61,225 bases of DNA from an uncultured Candidatus Saccharibacteria bacterium (GTDB lineage Bacteria > Patescibacteriota > Saccharimonadia > UBA4664 > CAZOQX01). The notes beneath the pieces are model-generated. The model made no database searches and was not told the DNA's origin. It was given only the letters and a program-made list of their open reading frames with translations. The position numbers and the translations under genes were made by a program. This document shows positions 1-7,207 of the stretch, one piece after another (within the stretch, counting starts at the first letter, position 1; every line of letters starts with the position of its first letter). The stretch covers positions 1 through 61,225 of the forward strand of contig CAZOQX010000004.1 of NCBI GenBank assembly GCA_964582465.1, read 5' to 3'.

Positions 1-404
<404 letters not shown>

Positions 405-530
405 GATTGCTTATGTAAAGATTTGCTAGCAACTTGTGCGCGCGATCAATGCGTATGAACCTTGAGCCTCGAAGCTCTTTATGAGCGTCGAGGTCTCGTA
501 AATGAATGGCTCCGGCTTGAAGTTTGCGAG

Positions 531-643
531 ACCCCGGTGCTCATGGCGAGGAGGATACACCCGTTCCCATCCCGAACACGGCAGTTAAGCTCCTCTGCGG
601 CGATGATACTCGTTTACTCGGGGAAAGTAGCACGGTGCCGGAT
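531..643 (+). rRNA. rrf: 5S rRNA
   Basis: Conserved 5S core CCCGTTCCCATCCCGAACACGGCAGTTAAGC. About 113 nt, downstream of the 23S end, with partly complementary termini (CCGGTGC / GCAC..GCCGG). Ends are accurate to a few nt. Confidence 0.88.
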
Positions 644-652
644 TATGCTAGA

Positions 653-685
653 AGACTCCAGAAATGGGGTCTTTTTGCTTTTTGC
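653..685 (+). terminator. Rho-independent terminator of the rRNA operon
   Basis: Stem AGACTCC / GGGGTCT followed by TTTTGCTTTTT, immediately after the 5S. Confidence 0.7.
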
Positions 686-899
686 TGAACAGATTGGCGC
701 CAGGGCCGGCGGACTTGCAATTTCTAAGCATAAGTAGTATGTTCTAGGCAGTATTCATCTCACGAAACCAAAACGAAAGGAAAACATGGCAGAAACAGTC
801 GAAGAACCAGGGCAAATGCGTGAAGGGCACGATAGATTGTGCGACACTTGCCGCAACGAGCGAATCAAGTATTATAAAAGCTAGAAAGTGGGAAATATT

Positions 900-1319
900 A
901 TGTCCGAATTTGATAACTCTGCCGAACGCGCCAAGCACACTGAGCTAAGTAACGACTATGACAAGTTGTCCGATGAAGTCGATAATATCCACGAACAAAT
1001 CGAAAAAGCTGATTATTCTCCGGGCGCGGACAAGCTACGCGAAGACATAGACCAGAAAGCGGCAGAGGCTAATGCCAAGGCCGATGAGCGTGATGAGCAC
1101 TTGCAAGACGTGCGCCAGCAAATGGCGAATCCCGAAACTAACGCCAAAGTGCATACCGAGGCGGCGGTTGAACATCATGAACGCACGGGCGAATGGCCAG
1201 AGGGTTATCGATTGGCCGACGATGAAGGGACGGAAAAAGAGCGTCGTGACCAAATCGGGCGTGCCAATGCCAAGATTCGTGAAGGGCTAGAGAAGATCAA
1301 GCGCGAAGACTCTGAGTAA
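900..1319 (+). CDS. Highly charged hydrophilic protein (hydrophilin/LEA-like), function unknown
   Basis: ORF 888..1319. ATG at 900 is preferred (AAGTGGGA SD-like 6 nt upstream). The protein is D/E/K/R/A-rich with no hydrophobic core, and a strong terminator follows. Confidence 0.6.
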   Translation: MSEFDNSAERAKHTELSNDYDKLSDEVDNIHEQIEKADYSPGADKLREDIDQKAAEANAKADERDEHLQDVRQQMANPETNAKVHTEAAVEHHERTGEWPEGYRLADDEGTEKERRDQIGRANAKIREGLEKIKREDSE

Positions 1320-1337
1320 AAGTTACAGAGTAAACTA

Positions 1338-1361
1338 AGCCGGCCAGCCAGGCCGGTTTTT
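1338..1361 (+). terminator. Rho-independent terminator
   Basis: GCCGGCC-AGCCA-GGCCGGT stem-loop followed by TTTTT. Confidence 0.8.
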
Positions 1362-1444
1362 AGTCTCACCAAATTATTAGGATAAGTATTGTACTCAAAA
1401 TCTCAGCTAAGTATAAGCATGATAAGATTGGGTACAAAAAGTGT

Positions 1445-1474
1445 TTGACATAAACGTAAGCGCTATGCTAATGT
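1445..1474 (+). promoter_or_regulatory. Sigma70-type promoter (upstream member of a tandem pair)
   Basis: TTGACA (1445-1450), 18-nt spacer, TAATGT (1469-1474). Preceded by AAAAAGTGT and contains AACGTAAGC in the spacer. Confidence 0.5.
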
Positions 1475-1519
1475 GAGAACACACCTTGAAAATCAAGCCC
1501 TGCTTAAACCATAAAAGTA

Positions 1520-1548
1520 TTGACAGCATAAGCCCGATATGGTATTTT
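1520..1548 (+). promoter_or_regulatory. Sigma70-type promoter for the KGG stress-protein gene
   Basis: ATAAAAGTA-TTGACA (1520-1525), 17-nt spacer, TATTTT (1543-1548). Confidence 0.55.
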
Positions 1549-1674
1549 AAGCTCAACTGTTTTAGGGCTTTTTCCAAATCAAAAAGCCTAGCTTTTCCTG
1601 TTTTTGTTAAAAGCCCTAATGTCGGTTAAAACCAAAATTGGCATAATCATTAAAAAGGATGAAAGGAGTAAGTT

Positions 1675-1866
1675 ATGGCAGGAACTCGTGTAGGAGGTCG
1701 CAAGGCGGCCGAAACGAACAAGAAGCGTTACGGTATGGATTTCTATGAGAAAATCGGTCAAAAGGGCGGTAAGATCAGCCGGGGTGGTGGTTTCGCCAAG
1801 AACCCTGAGCTAGCTCGTGTAGCTGGCCGCCGGGGTGGTCTGCGCAGCCGTCGCAAAGCCGCTTAA
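1675..1866 (+). CDS. KGG-repeat general stress protein (GsiB/YciG-like)
   Basis: 63 aa, basic and Gly-rich, with GGRK...QKGGK...RRGG repeats typical of the KGG stress-induced motif family. SD AAAGGAG upstream and a terminator downstream. Confidence 0.75.
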   Translation: MAGTRVGGRKAAETNKKRYGMDFYEKIGQKGGKISRGGGFAKNPELARVAGRRGGLRSRRKAA

Positions 1867-1888
1867 GTTTTTAATTGGTGACTAAGAA

Positions 1889-1911
1889 GCTCCCGCCCGC
1901 GGGAGTTTTTT
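1889..1911 (+). terminator. Rho-independent terminator
   Basis: CTCCCG-CCCG-CGGGAG hairpin followed by TTTTTT. Confidence 0.85.
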
Positions 1912-2069
1912 AGTTGTGGTTAATCGCTGGCCTTAACCTCTCCTCAATCTAAAACTTGCCCGACCACTTGATGCGAGTCCTGGCCGGCCAGTTTTGGGCT
2001 ACCTTTTTGCTGGTACAAAGGTGGCAAGGAAAAGCTTGGGGTCGCCCGAACGCTGGGTTTTATGGTTTA

Positions 2070-2549
2070 TTATTCGAAGTCGTGGGCGAAGACAGTTTCG
2101 AACCGTTCGATGGTGTCGCGTTTGACGCGGCGGTCCAGACGCTGATTAACCCGCCACTGCATGCCGCAGGCGAAGCACTTGTATTGGTTGCGGCCGCTTT
2201 GCAGGGTGAAAGTATTACAGTCGGGGCAGGTGGCACGTTTACTCAGCCAGTAGTCGTAGCTGGAAATGGCATTGGCGGCATGATCTTCATCGACTTTCAG
2301 GCCAAAACGAGGGGCCAGCTCTCGGGCAATGTCCCAGGCGTCCATCTCCATGTTCAGTAGTTCGATGTCGTACTTATAAGTGCGGTGCTGCAAAATGGCG
2401 TGACCGAGTTCGTGGAGCAGGGCAATTTTGCCGTTAGCAGTTTTCACGCGTTTAGGGTCGTAATAAATAGTATCGGCGCTGGGGGACCAGACAAACATTC
2501 GCGCAGGTTCGTAATCGAATTGCGGGAATTGTTTGATAATTTCTTCCAA
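2070..2549 (-). CDS. SprT-like / ImmA-IrrE-like zinc metalloprotease with C-terminal zinc ribbon
   Basis: HELGH (HExxH) motif followed by CPDC...18 aa...CFAC. At 159 aa the size and layout resemble bacterial SprT. Confidence 0.6.
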   Translation of the reverse strand: MEEIIKQFPQFDYEPARMFVWSPSADTIYYDPKRVKTANGKIALLHELGHAILQHRTYKYDIELLNMEMDAWDIARELAPRFGLKVDEDHAANAISSYDYWLSKRATCPDCNTFTLQSGRNQYKCFACGMQWRVNQRLDRRVKRDTIERFETVFAHDFE

Positions 2550-2669
2550 GTTACCCTCCTACTAAAATCGCGAAAACGCTTCTGTTTCGGGCTAGCGGGT
2601 ACTTTTTCTCACCAACTATCTAAAGAGTATAGGCACTTGCGCGTATAGTGCCAAGCATAAGCGGTAAAG

Positions 2670-3503
2670 TTATTTTCCAGATTCAAAATGTCTTCTGGCT
2701 AGCAACTCGGCTCCATATAGCGGGGCGGTTTCAACAAATTTGGCCCGCACAACTTTGGGCAGGTAGGGCCGCTTAAAGGCTTTGAGGTGCCGAGCGAGTG
2801 GGGATTTAAAGCGCGCCCAGTGGACGCTGACGCCGCCGCCCAATATGACCACGTTGGGTGAAAGTAGCGTGATCATGTTTACCAGACCTAGAGCCATATC
2901 GGCCGCGATTTTGTCCCATGTCGGCTTATCGTAAATCTCATGGGCCGGCCGGCCGAAGCGGCGCTCAATCGCCGGACCGCTCACGAAGGTCTCGAAGTGA
3001 CCCCGGCCGCCACAATTACATTCGGGACCCTCGGGGTCAATAATCATGTGGCCACCCTCGGTACCGCGGGCGCCGTGGTAAATCTGTTGATTGATAATCA
3101 CTCCCGTACCAATGCCCGTGCCGATAGTGACGTAGAGCACGCTATTTGCGTCTTTGCCAGCTCCCATCAAGGTCTCGGCGTAGCCTGCGGCCGCCGCGTC
3201 GTTTTCGAGCACCACCGGCGCTCCCAGAGCCTTCTCAAGCGCGTCCACTACCCTGGGGTGATGCCAGTGCAAATTGGGTGCATCCAAAATTTGGCCTCTC
3301 GCAAAATCGATCGGACCAGGAGCGGCGACACCAACGGCCTCGATTTTATCCTCTGATGCCAATAATTTGGCGAGCTCACTAATCTGGTTGAGTGTTGTTT
3401 CAAAGTCGGATGTGGTGCTAAAGCGGTAGGTCTGTTTGATTTTGCCCTTAACGAATGAGGCAACTTGCACCTTCGTCCCCCCGACATCAATCGCGATATA
3501 CAT
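2670..3503 (-). CDS. glk: ROK-family glucokinase
   Basis: N-terminal IAIDVGGTK ATP-binding motif and the ROK zinc motif CNCGGRGHFE. 277 aa. Confidence 0.85.
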   Translation of the reverse strand: MYIAIDVGGTKVQVASFVKGKIKQTYRFSTTSDFETTLNQISELAKLLASEDKIEAVGVAAPGPIDFARGQILDAPNLHWHHPRVVDALEKALGAPVVLENDAAAAGYAETLMGAGKDANSVLYVTIGTGIGTGVIINQQIYHGARGTEGGHMIIDPEGPECNCGGRGHFETFVSGPAIERRFGRPAHEIYDKPTWDKIAADMALGLVNMITLLSPNVVILGGGVSVHWARFKSPLARHLKAFKRPYLPKVVRAKFVETAPLYGAELLARRHFESGK

Positions 3504-3590
3504 ACGAGTATTTTATGCCATTACGGCCATGCTTGCCTAATCTCGCAATAATTTGAAGAATAACTACGTACCCCTCTTTAAGGAGCAAAG

Positions 3591-4106
3591 GTGAAGGTAC
3601 CCCAGAAGATGCGTGCTCATACTGCTCGCAAGCTCGCGAATGTGACACCCCGGCAGCTGCGCTACTGGGTAGAGATCGGCCTAGTCGAGCCACTACCAGG
3701 GACGACTGGTACGCCAGGTCGGCTGTGGCTCTTTGCCGACCACGCCGTGGCGCGGGCCAAGGCCATCAGTGAAGCGCTTAGGGATGGGTGGACACTGCAG
3801 AAGATTCGCCAGGCGCAGCTCGGAAGTCATCCGGCGTTGCCCTCACACCTCAGCGTGCTGGAGCGGGAGGAGACTATACTCAGAGAATGGGCGGTCTCAC
3901 CTCAAGATGGGGTAGAGCTCCAGACGAAAGCGGAGTCCGCCTCGGCCCTTCACCAGCCACGCTACACGCAGATCGGCGACTCTGTATTCGTCGCCTGCGA
4001 GGCCTGTGGCCAGTCGAGTGACGAGGGCTACCCGAGTGAAGCCGCGGCTCAGGTAGAGTACACCAAGTGGCGGCATGTGACAGCGAGAAGCTCTGGGGCC
4101 GGTTAG
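3591..4106 (+). CDS. MerR-family HTH protein with unknown Cys-containing C-terminal domain (GC-rich cassette A)
   Basis: GTG start with AAGGAG SD. The motif ARKLANVTPRQLRYWVEIGLVEP matches the MerR HTH signature (..LRyYe..GLl.P). Codon third positions are mostly G/C, unlike the neighbours. Confidence 0.7.
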   Translation: MKVPQKMRAHTARKLANVTPRQLRYWVEIGLVEPLPGTTGTPGRLWLFADHAVARAKAISEALRDGWTLQKIRQAQLGSHPALPSHLSVLEREETILREWAVSPQDGVELQTKAESASALHQPRYTQIGDSVFVACEACGQSSDEGYPSEAAAQVEYTKWRHVTARSSGAG

Positions 4107-4124
4107 CCGGTCCCAGAGCTTCTC
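4085..4124. terminator. 18-bp near-perfect hairpin (bidirectional terminator candidate) spanning the stop codon of the MerR-like gene
   Basis: GAGAAGCTCTGGGGCCGG-TTAG-CCGGTCCCAGAGCTTCTC, with no U-tract. Lies between convergent genes. Confidence 0.6.
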
Positions 4125-4149
4125 GGCTCTTGACGACTTCTCAGAATTT

Positions 4150-5076
4150 CTAATGCGTGGAGATAGATAGCATGACCGTGCCGAGCGTCATTATCAGAAT
4201 CGCAGCGATTTTCTGGACTAGGTGACGCCTTGAGACGTCTTCCTTGATCCAGTGTGGAAATAGCCAAGTGAGCGCTAGCCCGATTAGCAGTAGGAAGATT
4301 GATTGGATCGACGAGACGGCCTGAACGACGGCAATCGGAGCAATCAGCATGGCATAACGCATGGCGATAATACCGCCGAAGTAGAGTGCTTCATTGCCCG
4401 CGCCTAATCTGATCGCAGTCCCCTTATAGCGACGCAGGATACTTATAAACCCCCGCCGGGCCGGTCCGTTAAAGACAAAGATGGCCGCTCCCGCCGCAAT
4501 TTCGCCGGCGTACTGGTAAAACTGGGTCGGCCAAAAGGCGGTATCAAGTGCAACCTTTTTGAATAAGACGTCGCTTGCCGAGATCAGTAGTGATGAAGCC
4601 ACCATCAGGACCAAAACCTCGCGCCGGAAATGCCAACGCTTTTCGCGGCTTTCGAGCGCGAGCAAAATCGAACCCATCACCACAATGCCGGCGGCGAGCA
4701 GCTGATGGAGGGTTAAACGCTCATTTAGGAATATTAGTCCCAGGGTGTAGTTGAAAACCACAATCAGCTGGAACAAGGTGGCGACGAGTGAGGTATCGGC
4801 GATGGCTAAAGACTTGTAGTACAGGTAATAGGACGCCACGAGCATTAATCCGGTAGATACGGCTGCGACAATACTGATAGCGTGGAAGCTCGGCAGAGAC
4901 GACCGGATGAACCAGCCGAGCGCGACCAAAAAGGGTAGGCTGATGACGGTTGCCAAGATAGTAATCGACGTCACGGGCTTATCGCCCAGCCACTTGCTGA
5001 CAAAGTATTTATCAATAAAATTGGTGCTCGCGAAGAGAAATGGTGCTAGTAGCGCCAGGATTATCCAAAGATGCAT
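4150..5076 (-). CDS. EamA/DMT-superfamily transporter
   Basis: 308 aa, about 10 predicted TM helices in two EamA-like halves. Confidence 0.8.
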   Translation of the reverse strand: MHLWIILALLAPFLFASTNFIDKYFVSKWLGDKPVTSITILATVISLPFLVALGWFIRSSLPSFHAISIVAAVSTGLMLVASYYLYYKSLAIADTSLVATLFQLIVVFNYTLGLIFLNERLTLHQLLAAGIVVMGSILLALESREKRWHFRREVLVLMVASSLLISASDVLFKKVALDTAFWPTQFYQYAGEIAAGAAIFVFNGPARRGFISILRRYKGTAIRLGAGNEALYFGGIIAMRYAMLIAPIAVVQAVSSIQSIFLLLIGLALTWLFPHWIKEDVSRRHLVQKIAAILIMTLGTVMLSISTH

Positions 5077-5140
5077 AGATTAAGATTAGGCCAAGTCTGG
5101 CCAAAAGTTAACTACGTAAAGCGCTTAACCTATAAAAGTG

Positions 5141-5169
5141 TTGACAACGTAAGCAAAATGTGTTAGTTT
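5141..5169 (+). promoter_or_regulatory. Sigma70-type promoter for the surface-protein gene
   Basis: ATAAAAGTG-TTGACA (5141-5146), AACGTAAGC in the spacer, TAGTTT (5164-5169) preceded by TGT. Confidence 0.55.
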
Positions 5170-5313
5170 TTATGCTATTAGACGGTGAGGGTGACAGCTA
5201 ATAGCTGGGGCGTTAAAGCTAGGTATATGAGTGCTCACCTCCTTATATGCCGCGTCCTTCGGACGCATCTTTAATTGCCCCAGCTAATGACTGAAATAAT
5301 AGTAAGGAGTCCT

Positions 5314-5688
5314 ATGCAACGCAGTCGAAAAGATCTCATTAAAACCGCTGGCGCGATCCTCGTGATCGTGGCTATCATCGCGGCTGCTTTCTTGTACGGT
5401 AATAAGCAGCACCAGAACCAAGTGCGCAACCAGCAAGAACAGACGGCTTCGACCGACCAAAGCACCTCGTCTGATCAAAGCCAATCAACTTCGAGCCAAT
5501 CAACTGACCAATCGACCTCTGACCAATCGCAGAGTCAGTCGAGCGCTCCGCAAACTGGGGGCACCGACACCACTACGCCGCAGACTGGTCCGGAACTTTA
5601 CTTTCTGTTCCCGGCTGCTGCCATGGTTGGCCTCGGCCGCACGTACCTGAAGAGCCGCCGTGCCATTAGGACCGCTGCTCTCAAGTAA
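5314..5688 (+). CDS. S/T/Q/D-rich surface protein with N-terminal membrane anchor and C-terminal sortase-type sorting signal (xPQTG)
   Basis: ATG 5314 with TAAGGAG SD. N-terminal TM segment AGAILVIVAIIAAAFLY, then low-complexity STDQS repeats. The C-terminus reads TPQTG + hydrophobic LYFLFPAAAMVGLG + basic tail KSRR. Confidence 0.65.
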   Translation: MQRSRKDLIKTAGAILVIVAIIAAAFLYGNKQHQNQVRNQQEQTASTDQSTSSDQSQSTSSQSTDQSTSDQSQSQSSAPQTGGTDTTTPQTGPELYFLFPAAAMVGLGRTYLKSRRAIRTAALK

Positions 5689-5710
5689 CCACAAGTTACA
5701 TTAAGAACCA

Positions 5711-5750
5711 AGTAAAGTCTGCGTGGAAAGAGCCCGCAGGCTTTACTTTT
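5711..5750 (+). terminator. Rho-independent terminator
   Basis: GTAAAGTCTGCG...CGCAGGCTTTAC stem followed by TTTTA. Confidence 0.75.
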
Positions 5751-5826
5751 ACCCTGGAGTCAGCTTACAATTAACTAAATCGCTCGGAAGACCTTTGAGT
5801 GAGAAAAGCAAAGGAGATTATTAGAT

Positions 5827-6990
5827 TTGCCTAAAGCAAAGACCATTACAATGGAGGATTTGCTCTCGGGTCAGGAGACCATCAAGGGGCTGGTCGCAGG
5901 CGACGTCGTACAGGGTACGGTTGCGGCCGCCGAGAAGCATCAAATTTACTTAGATCTAGGCCAATGGGGCACAGGTCTAGTAGTGCGTGGCGAAATGGAG
6001 GCTGGCGAAACTGTCAAGCCAGGCGACGAAGTAAGTGCGAGTGTACTCGATCCGGAAACGGATGAAGGTTATGTCATTTTAAGCCTCAAGAAAGTTGCCA
6101 AAGAGAAAGGTTGGGATGCACTCGAAAGTCGTCTCAAGAACGAAGAAATCTTTAGTGTGAAGGCCTACGATGCCAACAAGGGTGGACTGCTAGTGGAGGT
6201 TGACGGCATCCGCGGATTTCTGCCGGTGTCCCAACTGGCCGCCCAGAACTACCCCCGGGTTTCCGGTGCTGACAAAGACGAAATTTTGAATCGTTTGATG
6301 GCGCTTGTAAATAAGCCGCTTGAGGTACGTATTCTTGATCTTGACCGGAAGCAGAACAAGCTGATTGTCTCGGAGAAGGAAGCCTACCGCGAGGAAACAG
6401 AGAGCAAGGTTGCAAACCTTAAGGTGGGCGATGTCGTCGAGGGCGTGGTTACCGGCGTGGTGGACTTTGGTATCTTTGTAAACGCCGAAGGCATTGAAGG
6501 CCTAATTCATATTTCGGAAATTGCCTGGGACCGCGTTGAGCACCCCGCTAAATACGTGAAAGTCGGGGACAAAGTGAAGGCGAAGATTATCGCGATTGAT
6601 AACGATAAACTCTCGCTCTCGCTTAAGCAGTTGCAGCCCGACCCCTGGGCGAAGGAGGTGGCTAAGCTCAAAGTTGATGATCTCATCGAGGGTAAAGTTA
6701 CCCGCATTACGCCCTTTGGTGCCTTTGTACGGGTGGCGCCGGCCGTCGAGGCCTTGGTACACGTTGCCGAACTCTCCGATGAGCCGGTGGAAGATCCGTC
6801 GTCTTTGCTCAAGGTCGGTGAAATGCGCCAGTTTAAGATTGTTACCATTGACCCCGAGGCTCACAAGCTGTCACTGAGTTTGAAGGGCGCTACCAAGAAG
6901 CCGACGAAGATTGCTGCAGCAAAAGCCAAGGCTACTCCCAAAAAGGCGAGCACGACAGCCAAAAAGACCACTAAGGCTACTAAGGAATAG
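5827..6990 (+). CDS. rpsA: 30S ribosomal protein S1 (four S1 domains, K/A/T-rich tail)
   Basis: Repeated S1-domain signatures (GxVxGxV...GxFV). TTG start 10 nt after GGAG. Confidence 0.9.
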   Translation: MPKAKTITMEDLLSGQETIKGLVAGDVVQGTVAAAEKHQIYLDLGQWGTGLVVRGEMEAGETVKPGDEVSASVLDPETDEGYVILSLKKVAKEKGWDALESRLKNEEIFSVKAYDANKGGLLVEVDGIRGFLPVSQLAAQNYPRVSGADKDEILNRLMALVNKPLEVRILDLDRKQNKLIVSEKEAYREETESKVANLKVGDVVEGVVTGVVDFGIFVNAEGIEGLIHISEIAWDRVEHPAKYVKVGDKVKAKIIAIDNDKLSLSLKQLQPDPWAKEVAKLKVDDLIEGKVTRITPFGAFVRVAPAVEALVHVAELSDEPVEDPSSLLKVGEMRQFKIVTIDPEAHKLSLSLKGATKKPTKIAAAKAKATPKKASTTAKKTTKATKE

Positions 6991-7000
6991 GAGATGAGCT

Positions 7001-7207
7001 GTGGCTACTCCTATAAGAACTTGTGTAGTATGTCGGACCGCTAGACCAAAGCCAGAGCTTATTCGATGGGTTTGGCAGAATGGTCCGACAAAGGACCCTG
7101 GCCAAACCGCTCCGGGTCGGGCGATTTACACTTGTATTACCTGTAGCGACAAACTAACCGAAAGAGCGACTAAGAGTTTAAGGAGAAAGCATGCCCGAGC
7201 CAGCTGA
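7001..7207 (+). CDS. ylxR: YlxR/DUF448 RNA-binding protein
   Basis: RTCVVCR...ELIRWV...GRAIYTC signature. Located immediately upstream of infB and overlapping it. Confidence 0.8.
   Translation: MATPIRTCVVCRTARPKPELIRWVWQNGPTKDPGQTAPGRAIYTCITCSDKLTERATKSLRRKHARAS

Noticed and set aside
1956-2360. 134-aa ORF on the + strand (and 2385..2648 +) opposite the metalloprotease gene.
   Set aside because: It is antisense to an ORF with clear HExxH and zinc-ribbon motifs. It has no SD and a low-complexity Gly/Ala/Val product.
5447-5545. Imperfect short tandem repeats (GACCAATCG / CAATCAACT units), considered as a possible CRISPR array or satellite.
   Set aside because: They are in frame within the surface-protein CDS and encode the STDQS low-complexity tract. 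There is no repeat-spacer periodicity.
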